64,000 nt of DNA from a virus (Duplodnaviria; Heunggongvirae; Uroviricota; Caudoviricetes), in IMG/VR virus record IMGVR_UViG_3300022719_000284, positions 26,827 through 90,826 of that record; one strand, written 5' to 3'. The notes below the pieces were generated by a model. That model was not told the DNA's origin, did no database searches, and saw nothing but the letters and a program-made list of their open reading frames with translations. The position numbers and the translations under genes were made by a program. Of the stretch, positions 19,397-27,097 are shown piece after piece (within the stretch, counting starts at the first letter, position 1; every line of letters begins with the position of its first letter).

Positions 19397-20494
19397 TTAT
19401 GAAGTGATGAAGTTGCTAATTATCGAAATATGATCCTCAAAAAATTCGTCCGCGCGTCGCATTACTTCAACATACGGCATCCACTGACATTTTACAGAGT
19501 CATCTGCTCCTGTCAGTTTAACTTCAGGTAACTTGCCTTCAAGCTTGACGTGAAAGGCGTGCGTTACAGTTCTACCGCGCTCGCTACGTTCGGGATAGTC
19601 GAACACTTCACTATCGACAATAGCCCTTTTTAGTACAGGTTTATCGATCTTGATTCTGGTCTCTTCCTTCAATTCACGAATTGCTGCATCCTTGATTCTC
19701 TCAGATTCTCGAATAAAACCCCCAGGAAGAGCCCAAAGACCCTTGCCGGGATTACCTCCACGTTTCACCACTAGGACATGACCGCCGCATGTAACGACAG
19801 CATCAGCCGTAATGAAAGTGGGAGGAAAGGGAGCAACAGACCACGATTTTCTATAGGCTTTATTGGCATGGAATTCTTCCACTAGCCGACCGAAGCGTTG
19901 GGTTTTCCGAAATTCTTGAAGAAATTCAGCAACCTGAATCGGAAGATTGTCAAAAAAGAAATCGTTCTGCTTCAGTTTTTCGTCTTCTTTGACGGTGGGT
20001 TCTCCATCCAGAGCCTTGTCCGCCCAAGTTCTCCCTATCTCTACGTCGAACAAAACTTCTCTAATTGAGGTGGCATCAAGATCAGAATGCACCTTGGTAT
20101 AAATGAACTCCCACTGGGGGAAGAAATTTAGGTAATATGAGGAACTATCCTTGAAGGACCCCATCAGAGCAACCGTCTCACCGTCCTCGATGTAGTTAGA
20201 GACCACGCCCTGAACCTGAGCTAGCCAAGTGTTGTCACTGTAGAAGTAGTCCCGTATGGGTTCGATCTCGACACGATTTCCCGAGCCTAGAATATTGAAA
20301 CACCTGCTAATCATTCGACGGCGTTCCTCGAACGTAAACGGATTCTTGGGGGTGGGAGCTGCGTGGGAACTGCCGACGAGGATGATAACCTTGTCTGCAA
20401 TTTCCAGGGCGTGCTCGACCAGTGCTTTATGCGTAGTATGAAAAGGCTGAAAGCGTCCGATCAGGACGGCAGCCGAGTAATCTCGGTGAGTCAT
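19397..20494 (-). CDS. nadM: Bifunctional NMN adenylyltransferase / Nudix ADP-ribose hydrolase (NadM-Nudix)
   Basis: IGRFQPFHTTH (HxGH-like), KNPFTFEER, Nudix box GGFIRESERIKDAAIRELKEET, FFEDHISII. Confidence 0.93.
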   Translation of the reverse strand: MTHRDYSAAVLIGRFQPFHTTHKALVEHALEIADKVIILVGSSHAAPTPKNPFTFEERRRMISRCFNILGSGNRVEIEPIRDYFYSDNTWLAQVQGVVSNYIEDGETVALMGSFKDSSSYYLNFFPQWEFIYTKVHSDLDATSIREVLFDVEIGRTWADKALDGEPTVKEDEKLKQNDFFFDNLPIQVAEFLQEFRKTQRFGRLVEEFHANKAYRKSWSVAPFPPTFITADAVVTCGGHVLVVKRGGNPGKGLWALPGGFIRESERIKDAAIRELKEETRIKIDKPVLKRAIVDSEVFDYPERSERGRTVTHAFHVKLEGKLPEVKLTGADDSVKCQWMPYVEVMRRADEFFEDHISIISNFITS

Positions 20495-20535
20495 TTCTAT
20501 TCTCGCTTTCGTTTCGGACCTGCTTCCGAGGCCCT
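20495..20535 (-). promoter_or_regulatory. Conserved leader hairpin (GGGCCU-CGGAAGC-AGGUCC) plus purine-rich tail upstream of nadM
   Basis: Second copy of the NAMPT leader element, with a compensatory U-A to C-G change. Confidence 0.65.
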
Positions 20536-20573
20536 ACAGTGGGGAGATAACAATCTCCTTGGGTTCCTTTAGT

Positions 20574-20601
20574 GTAGCGACACATCCAGGCTGAAACTTT
20601 A
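20574..20601 (-). promoter_or_regulatory. Sigma28-like promoter for the NAD+ salvage operon (TAAAGTTT..., TAAA-N16-GTCGCTAC)
   Basis: Motif copy with A-rich UP-like region upstream. Confidence 0.5.
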
Positions 20602-20667
20602 ATTTCTATCTATTTTATTTTTCGATACCAGTTGTAAAATTAGGTTATTACATGAAAATAATATTTA

Positions 20668-22728
20668 TTACTCCACATCCGATTCAAATATAGCCGTAAT
20701 CTTATCTGTGCATAGCTGCCACCCGAAGCGGCCCCAAGGTCCTCCAAAAGAATACTTTTGAGGGTCAAAGTCTCTAGGTCTATTTCCATCGCATAGGAAA
20801 ATGACATAAAGTTCATCAATTTCTCTCATGGCAAGAATCCATTTGTTATTTTCATCTTCCGGGTCAACTTCATAATTGTTTCTAACACTATTTCTTGCTA
20901 GCTGTAGAGAACCTTCATTGTCCGTGATTACAATTACAGCTTGGAACCCTTTTTGGACAATGTGCTCTGCCACGGCGGGAAAATGGGTACCGCCAGTCCC
21001 AATGAATACATTATCATCGCGCCCAGGGATGGGCTTCACCACAACAGAGGAAAATTGATACATTTCACAACCAAATTCTTTCAATTGATTGGAAATGTAT
21101 AGAGCAACAGAATACCACATATTCATCGAATAAGACACGTCTGTGTAAATTACAAGCTCATTTTGCTCAAGATACTGGGGAGTATCCCACATTACAGGAG
21201 TATCACCCATACCCATGCGAATCATGTCACGCCGAGACGGACGATTCGGCATATTAAAATCAGGGCGGATGATCTTATGCTCGGTAACGCGCATAGTGGC
21301 GATGTTCTGAACCAATTCGTCAGCAAATTTCTTTACAGCGCCTTTGATTTGAACGGTATTAGTCTTAAAAGACTCGGTTAGAACCGATCCACCCAGCTCC
21401 AGCAGCTCTCTGTCTACTTCAGATAGATCTTGTACTTCTTTAGGAACAACCTCAGTGCGAGTAAGGTTACCACCCCAAGAAGCTCCGTTGTATCCACCTT
21501 CTGCAAAAACTTCAATGTCAGAGTCAGAGCCGTTAGGGTCCTTACGAAGATCCTCATTTTCAAGATTGTCTAGCTTTTCTTCCAAACCATCAATTGATAC
21601 TACGATATCTGGGATTCTAGCAAGACGCTCCTTAAGAGACATAGGCTTGGAGAATAGACCTTCTCCCCCATTACAAGTGCAAGGCTTAGATCCTCTGTGA
21701 GTATGCTTCCCAGGTTGAGGCTTGTTTCCTGATCCATCATTTTTATCAGTTCTATTGTCAGAATTTGTTCCTTCTCCCTGGCCTTCTCCCTGGCCTTCTC
21801 CCTGGCCTTCTCCCTGGCCTTCTCCCTGGCCTTCTCCCTGGCCTTCTCCCTGGCCTTCTCCCTGGCCTTCTCCCTGGTTAGAGGGATGTTGGGGACAATC
21901 CCCATCATGTTCACTGTCTGCCCCAGCCCGATCTAGATCGTCTTTGTGGACTTCAAGCCAATCACAAAATAATTCATACCACTCTGGAAAGGACAGCATA
22001 GATCTTCCCGCTCTCGGGTTTCCTACCCCGAAAATAGCTCGAAGACCGTGAGCATCTGTATACAGACCCTCGTGGGAACGTCTAATATCTTTATTAACAA
22101 AACTTGAAAGACAAGTTAGAATAGCGTACTCTTCGGATTTTGGCTCACCAACAACATGAATATTGGGATCGAAGCCTGACCCGTTAGGGTTACTTTCTGA
22201 AGGCATCCCAGGATTATCCGCGTCTGCCTCAGACCAGCAATAGAATGTCTCAGGTAGCGTAGCTAAAATACCCATCTGGGATCTTACACTGGCATTAATC
22301 CAAGCGTCTTCTACAACATTTCGGATCTTGTAAACCCATTCTTCATTGTAATCTAGAATCTTATTTAAACGACCCCAATTGACCCTATAGATCCGTCTAA
22401 GTAGTCTATGGTCCCTTTCATGCATGACAACAAACAAAAGATCTTTTAGAGAATTAATTTTCTCCATAATGAATTTAGGATTGATTCGAACCCTACCATC
22501 TAGGAGATTTACCATAGCAGTTTCTACGGGATGGTCTCTGAAGGATTCGCATAGGGTAAGGGATGTAATATGCCCCCATAGCACCGGTAGGTCCTTGTTT
22601 CCATACAGCTCGGCAAAGTCTTCTGTTAGAAGAATATTATGTAGATCACGCTCGGCGCCATTAAGGTCGTTTGCCTTGATTTTGTCTTTAATACCATCTA
22701 GATAAGTTTTTACGTTTTTAGTGCTCAT
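20668..22728 (-). CDS. vWA-domain protein with N-terminal HExxH putative metallopeptidase domain (DUF2201-like; MoxR partner)
   Basis: VMHERDH, low-complexity QGEG linker, MIDAS YTDVSYSM, GTGGT, VITD. Confidence 0.8.
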   Translation of the reverse strand: MSTKNVKTYLDGIKDKIKANDLNGAERDLHNILLTEDFAELYGNKDLPVLWGHITSLTLCESFRDHPVETAMVNLLDGRVRINPKFIMEKINSLKDLLFVVMHERDHRLLRRIYRVNWGRLNKILDYNEEWVYKIRNVVEDAWINASVRSQMGILATLPETFYCWSEADADNPGMPSESNPNGSGFDPNIHVVGEPKSEEYAILTCLSSFVNKDIRRSHEGLYTDAHGLRAIFGVGNPRAGRSMLSFPEWYELFCDWLEVHKDDLDRAGADSEHDGDCPQHPSNQGEGQGEGQGEGQGEGQGEGQGEGQGEGQGEGQGEGTNSDNRTDKNDGSGNKPQPGKHTHRGSKPCTCNGGEGLFSKPMSLKERLARIPDIVVSIDGLEEKLDNLENEDLRKDPNGSDSDIEVFAEGGYNGASWGGNLTRTEVVPKEVQDLSEVDRELLELGGSVLTESFKTNTVQIKGAVKKFADELVQNIATMRVTEHKIIRPDFNMPNRPSRRDMIRMGMGDTPVMWDTPQYLEQNELVIYTDVSYSMNMWYSVALYISNQLKEFGCEMYQFSSVVVKPIPGRDDNVFIGTGGTHFPAVAEHIVQKGFQAVIVITDNEGSLQLARNSVRNNYEVDPEDENNKWILAMREIDELYVIFLCDGNRPRDFDPQKYSFGGPWGRFGWQLCTDKITAIFESDVE
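21770..21877. repeat. Perfect 12-bp tandem repeat CCTTCTCCCTGG x9 (encodes QGEG x9)
   Basis: Nine identical units read directly from the sequence. Confidence 0.95.
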
Positions 22729-22735
22729 GTTTTAT

Positions 22736-22763
22736 CTTTCGGATACCCACAATGGAAACTTTA
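22736..22763 (-). promoter_or_regulatory. Sigma28-like promoter for the vWA gene (TAAAGTTT..., TAAA-N16-TCCGAAAG)
   Basis: Motif copy immediately downstream of a terminator hairpin. Confidence 0.5.
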
Positions 22764-22770
22764 GCTACAA

Positions 22771-22807
22771 AGAGGGCGTGCCAGGAATCGCAACTGGCAC
22801 GCCCTCT
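22771..22807 (-). terminator. Intrinsic terminator-like hairpin (14-bp perfect stem, 9-nt loop)
   Basis: AGAGGGCGTGCCAG / CTGGCACGCCCTCT; followed by a short U-tract on the minus strand, downstream of the 22843 stop. Confidence 0.75.
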
Positions 22808-22842
22808 GGGGTCGCTTGAGATGGGCTCAATTTATGCGACCC

Positions 22843-23427
22843 CTAACTATCAACAGCACCGGCAAGAGCAACCATGTAATGTTGGAGTACATCCTCTCTC
22901 TCAATAAAACCAAACACGTCAGGCTGATCGATGAAAGCGAGCAGTTTAGAATTTCTATTATTACTAGCCATCATAGGACCAGCCAAACCATGTTCGACAT
23001 AAATATCCCAGAGGTTTTCCGCGGGAAGGCTTAGGGAATCTGGACCGAAACAGAAGATTAGATTCCTTTCGATGTGAATTCCCCAAACTTCTCCTTGAGG
23101 AGAGGTAAAAAGTAGAACCCACCTATGCTCTACAGCATTCCCGTTTGGAAGCTCATGAATGAACCAACGTCCAACGTCTTCGCTTCCCCACTGGCTGTTT
23201 TCGGGATCATTAGGGTCTCTCTGTTCTTTATTCTCATTTGTAGCCCGAATTACAGTTCCGGTTGCATCATCTTCCGCGAGGAGGCGAACTTGAAATTGAG
23301 CAGGCTCCTCCAAGAAGTAATCAACGTACCACGCCATTCGGTCGTTTCCCACTTCATTTGCCCAAATTTCTGCTAGTCTTTTAGACCCAAAGGTTCTAGA
23401 TCCTTCGTAGACAATTTCTTTAGACAT
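22843..23427 (-). CDS. Hypothetical protein
   Basis: 194 aa, starts 2 nt after the MoxR stop. Confidence 0.65.
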   Translation of the reverse strand: MSKEIVYEGSRTFGSKRLAEIWANEVGNDRMAWYVDYFLEEPAQFQVRLLAEDDATGTVIRATNENKEQRDPNDPENSQWGSEDVGRWFIHELPNGNAVEHRWVLLFTSPQGEVWGIHIERNLIFCFGPDSLSLPAENLWDIYVEHGLAGPMMASNNRNSKLLAFIDQPDVFGFIEREDVLQHYMVALAGAVDS

Positions 23428-23429
23428 TT

Positions 23430-24650
23430 TTACTTGCTCCTGTTTTTTCTACCGCTGCGAAGTGCTTTTGGGCCGTAGTTGGTTAGGGTGCTTTTGAGAG
23501 CTTTGAAAGCATCTTCGACCTTTGCATCCTTGTCAAGGGATAGCACCACTGATCTAGCAGCGAAGGATTGTCTTAGTAAATCAAAAATTTCTGGCTCTAT
23601 ATCGATTCGATTCTTAACAACATCCCAAGCCTTTGCAACCATTTCAGGGTCGTTTTCCTGTTCTAGCATGTCACTAATAGCCGCAGCATGGCCGCGGGCA
23701 TCCTTAATCTTTGCCTCACAAAGCTCGACTACATTTGATGCTGTGAGTACGGGGTCGCTAAGCTTGAAACCATGAAGAATGCCCTTCACTTCTGCTTCAA
23801 TTTTCCTTTTGTCTACCGTAGACCTGATCAAGCCAGTGCATTCCGGGACAAGACTCATTACAGCTTGAGTTAAAATATTTGTGTCAAAGTCAATGTCTTC
23901 GAATGTTTGGGACACCCTATCCATGTTGGAAAACAGTTTATACAGGTCACGAGTTTGACGACCTGAAAACTGAATGTCTTTACCATTAAGGATCTCAGAA
24001 ATTTTGAGAACTTTTTGTTCAATTGCCTTGTTTTGGGCTTTAGGAATCTTCGCAGAGCGAGCTTTATCCATCAAGTCTTTGAGACTTCCGGGATTGGTTT
24101 TATCGGAAATTCCGAAAATCTTACGTCGCTCCCTGTTTGAGATATCGCTAAATGACGGGACATTAAGCACGATGAATCGAGAAACCTGTGCTGGGTCCAT
24201 GTGAGCAGTGTTGTATTTGTCAGGAGGATTACAAGCTGCCCAAACAAACTCTAGGTTTGTAGACCTACCGTTAATCGTTCTATTTCTAACGATTTCGAAA
24301 AATTTTGCAGCATTGTATGGGTTACATCGATTGATTTCGTCCAGTAGACAGGATGTCGCAGTCCAGATGCAATCTGGGGTTTCGATGTATTCGATATCAC
24401 CCTCTGCTAGCTTCTTAGGATGTAGAAAGCCCAGCAAATCGTCAGCGTTTACGAGAGAAGTATCGTAAGGAACAAATTTCGTCTCTTCTCCGAAGACGGC
24501 TTCGGAGATACGTTGGCATCCTTCAGTCTTGTTAGATCCATGAGGACCATTAAGAAGAACGCTTTTGTTTGAGAGGATGGCACCGAGGATAATCCCTTCG
24601 ATATTAGCCCACCCCAGAATTCCGATTTTTTCAAAGTAAGATTTATTCAT
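23430..24650 (-). CDS. MoxR-family AAA+ ATPase
   Basis: ILGWANIE, Walker A variant GPHGSNKT, Walker B LLDEINR, AACNP, MDPAQVSRF, SGRQ. Confidence 0.85.
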   Translation of the reverse strand: MNKSYFEKIGILGWANIEGIILGAILSNKSVLLNGPHGSNKTEGCQRISEAVFGEETKFVPYDTSLVNADDLLGFLHPKKLAEGDIEYIETPDCIWTATSCLLDEINRCNPYNAAKFFEIVRNRTINGRSTNLEFVWAACNPPDKYNTAHMDPAQVSRFIVLNVPSFSDISNRERRKIFGISDKTNPGSLKDLMDKARSAKIPKAQNKAIEQKVLKISEILNGKDIQFSGRQTRDLYKLFSNMDRVSQTFEDIDFDTNILTQAVMSLVPECTGLIRSTVDKRKIEAEVKGILHGFKLSDPVLTASNVVELCEAKIKDARGHAAAISDMLEQENDPEMVAKAWDVVKNRIDIEPEIFDLLRQSFAARSVVLSLDKDAKVEDAFKALKSTLTNYGPKALRSGRKNRSK

Positions 24651-24692
24651 TTGCGATTCCTTTGTTTACCACGCCCACCGTGGCTATACTCT

Positions 24693-24719
24693 ATATCGTC
24701 CGAAAAAATTAGAACTTTA
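24693..24719 (-). promoter_or_regulatory. Sigma28-like promoter TAAA-N15-GACGATAT for the MoxR operon
   Basis: Near-consensus FliA/SigD spacing and -10 element. Confidence 0.65.
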
Positions 24720-24775
24720 GCGATATAAGCCGTTCAGAATTATATTCTCTTAAATAATTTAGAACAGTTTCTTTT

Positions 24776-25636
24776 TTACTGCTTATGCCCGCATTCCCCG
24801 CAAAACTTCTGCGTCTTCTTGATTTCATTTACACAATTAGAACAAGATGATTCTTTGGTTTCGACAACTTTGACGCCATAGTATCCTTTGGAACGAGATT
24901 CAAAAGAGTCGTGAACATTATCCGGGACAGCACCTATACGCACATACCAATCGTAAGCGTCTTTTTTGATAACTATCTGACCCTCAAAGCCCTCAGGGAC
25001 ACCATAATCGTTATATTCGGAGTAAGAGATCGTTTTGTAGACAATTACTTGTACCACTTCATTAGCAAATCCTTCCTTAACTGACCAATCCTCCACGACA
25101 GAGGTATTGCGGTCATCCCATTTGGTTTCACGTCCCTTTACCCAAGAATTATGTACCGTATAATCACCGATTTTAGCTACACGGGCGTATGGATGTGATG
25201 GATCCTTAGGAACTCCGTTGATTATCATCCAGTTTCTAAGTTCTTCTTTTTTTGAATCTGACTCTTCTTTGGCTTTAGCAGCCGCATCCTTAGCCTCAAG
25301 GTAGTTTTTGAGCTTAATTTTACCTTCGGTCTGATCTTCCTTATCTAGATCAGGAGCAACTTGGGAGATTACTTGTTGTTGTTTGATTCGATTGATTTTG
25401 AAGCCAAAACCTTCAATTTTTCTACAGAACTCAGGAAGATAGGTTGATTTGGGCCTCTCTACCTCGAAAATACCCTCTTCAATCTCCTCAAATCCGAGAC
25501 CAGCCTGGATAATTTCAGGAATTTTGCTATCTGTTTGCCAAAAAATTCTCCCATCACGGATAATTTCTACAACATTAAGACTCTTAGCTCTTTTAGCCTT
25601 AGTCTTTTTATTTGCTAATGCTTTAGGAATGGGCAT
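24776..25636 (-). CDS. Hypothetical protein with coiled coil and C-terminal double zinc ribbon
   Basis: CSNC...FCGECG at the C-terminus. Confidence 0.65.
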   Translation of the reverse strand: MPIPKALANKKTKAKRAKSLNVVEIIRDGRIFWQTDSKIPEIIQAGLGFEEIEEGIFEVERPKSTYLPEFCRKIEGFGFKINRIKQQQVISQVAPDLDKEDQTEGKIKLKNYLEAKDAAAKAKEESDSKKEELRNWMIINGVPKDPSHPYARVAKIGDYTVHNSWVKGRETKWDDRNTSVVEDWSVKEGFANEVVQVIVYKTISYSEYNDYGVPEGFEGQIVIKKDAYDWYVRIGAVPDNVHDSFESRSKGYYGVKVVETKESSCSNCVNEIKKTQKFCGECGHKQ

Positions 25637-25674
25637 GATTTTTCCCTGAGTAACAGTTTAGTGAGGACCTTCAA

Positions 25675-25703
25675 ATATTAGCAATTCTGTATTGCTTTGT
25701 CAA
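25675..25703 (-). promoter_or_regulatory. Sigma70-type promoter TTGACA-N17-TAATAT with internal palindrome AGCAAT-N5-ATTGCT
   Basis: Perfect -35, 17-nt spacer, 4/6 -10; the inverted repeat occupies the spacer (25680-25696). Confidence 0.6.
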
Positions 25704-25725
25704 GTCTTTCAACGAACTAGCTAGG

Positions 25726-25752
25726 TTATCGTCTACAGAAGATAGAACTTTA
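25726..25752 (-). promoter_or_regulatory. Sigma28-like promoter TAAA-N15-GACGATAA
   Basis: 7/8 match to the GCCGATAA -10 with canonical 15-nt spacing. Confidence 0.65.
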
Positions 25753-25806
25753 GCTGAATTCTATTTCCGCAAGATCTTTTCATAAGGAATACTCTAAAGG
25801 AACTTC

Positions 25807-26379
25807 ATGCCTATATCAAAGCACGGTGAGAGGCTTTTAAGCGGGGTCCGAGAGTTAGTCAGGACAGAGAACACCACTTTAGAGGATTTACATCTTATTA
25901 TCACAGATCTAGTTGTTTTACTTGATAAAAAAGCCTTACAGGCCAGCAAAAAGCTAAAAAAAGGACAAGAAATCAAAGTATATGATGAAAACTCTAAAAA
26001 AGAGTATGGAGCTAAAGGTGCAGATTTTAGGTGCTACTTTGATAATAGTTACGAGACAAAAACAGGTCTCATGTTAAAAGTATATGATGATAAAAGTAAC
26101 AAATGGTCTGTTTCTGTTGACTGTTTATTAGATATTTTTGATTCGTTTGATCCTGAATCAGACGAAGGTAAAAAAAGAATAAAAAAGTCTACACCTAAAA
26201 AAAGAGGCAGAAAGCCTAAAAAGCAGGAACTTGGCGAAGACGGATTAGATGATCAGTTTTCTTCCGTAATGTTTGATTCTATGGGGGAAATTGAATTTGA
26301 ATACGAGCAGGAAATAAGTGGTAATGAACAGGTAATAGACTTTGAAGAGTGGAAGGATTTTTACACAGATGACGACTAA
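25807..26379 (+). CDS. Hypothetical protein with acidic C-terminus
   Basis: 190 aa, AAGGA RBS, first gene of the divergent + strand block. Confidence 0.65.
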   Translation: MPISKHGERLLSGVRELVRTENTTLEDLHLIITDLVVLLDKKALQASKKLKKGQEIKVYDENSKKEYGAKGADFRCYFDNSYETKTGLMLKVYDDKSNKWSVSVDCLLDIFDSFDPESDEGKKRIKKSTPKKRGRKPKKQELGEDGLDDQFSSVMFDSMGEIEFEYEQEISGNEQVIDFEEWKDFYTDDD

Positions 26380-27055
26380 GTTTCAGACTATAACATCTGA
26401 AGACTACGATGCTTTGTTTGCCAAACAAGGATACGTATGTGCCATCTGTTCTGCCCCCTACAGTAATAGTACCAAGAAATTTCCGGTAGATCACGACCAT
26501 AACAGTGGTCAGGCGAGAGGCATTATATGCTGGCGGTGTAACACAGCATTAGACGCTATAGGGAATACAAAGGAGTCTGTTCATAAGTTTCTTGATTACC
26601 TTGAAGGAGGCTATTTGTCCTGGGACAACTACTTCATTGAGCACGCTCGCGTAGTTTCTAAAAAGTCAAAAGACCCCTCCACTAAAGTGGGCGCGATTTT
26701 GGTCAAGAACAGAAGAATCATAAGCTCCGGCTACAATGGATTGCCTGCTGCATTGGAAGACACAGCAGAGAGGTATGAAAAACCGCTAAAGTATGAGTAC
26801 ATATTGCACGCTGAAGAGAATGCTATTATTCAGTGTACGCAACCAGACACAGGTAGCTCACAGGGAACTACCATGTATTTGTACCCTTTACCCCCATGCC
26901 ATGAGTGTGCAAAAACTATTATACAAGCAGGCGTAGAAAGAGTAGTGTACTACGCACCTAAAGGTGTTCCTGATCGTTGGGCATCTGGCATTAAATTGTC
27001 TTTTTCAATGCTACAAGAGGCCAATATAACAGTTATAAATATAGAAAAGCCCTAA
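26369..27055 (+). CDS. Fusion of recombination endonuclease VII-type HNH domain and dCMP deaminase
   Basis: CAIC..VDHDH..RGIICWRCN, then SWDNYF, HAEENAI, PCHECAK; single open frame. Confidence 0.85.
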   Translation: MTTKFQTITSEDYDALFAKQGYVCAICSAPYSNSTKKFPVDHDHNSGQARGIICWRCNTALDAIGNTKESVHKFLDYLEGGYLSWDNYFIEHARVVSKKSKDPSTKVGAILVKNRRIISSGYNGLPAALEDTAERYEKPLKYEYILHAEENAIIQCTQPDTGSSQGTTMYLYPLPPCHECAKTIIQAGVERVVYYAPKGVPDRWASGIKLSFSMLQEANITVINIEKP

Positions 27056-27097
27056 AGTTCTAGATGCCGGCTTCCGGATAGAATTGAATGGTAAAAT

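Noticed and set aside
20572-20583. NrtR operator over the NAD operon promoter (GTGT-AGCG-ACAC)
   Set aside because: Spacing is GT-N6/N8-AC, not the GT-N7-AC NrtR pattern, and it is a single short palindrome.
21770-21877. Possible CRISPR array
   Set aside because: Units are contiguous with no spacers, in frame within a CDS; no cas genes in the window.
27053-27081. Sixth sigma28-like promoter before DNA ligase (TAAAGTTC)
   Set aside because: The TAA is the upstream stop codon and the -10 match needs 17-nt spacing; too weak to count.
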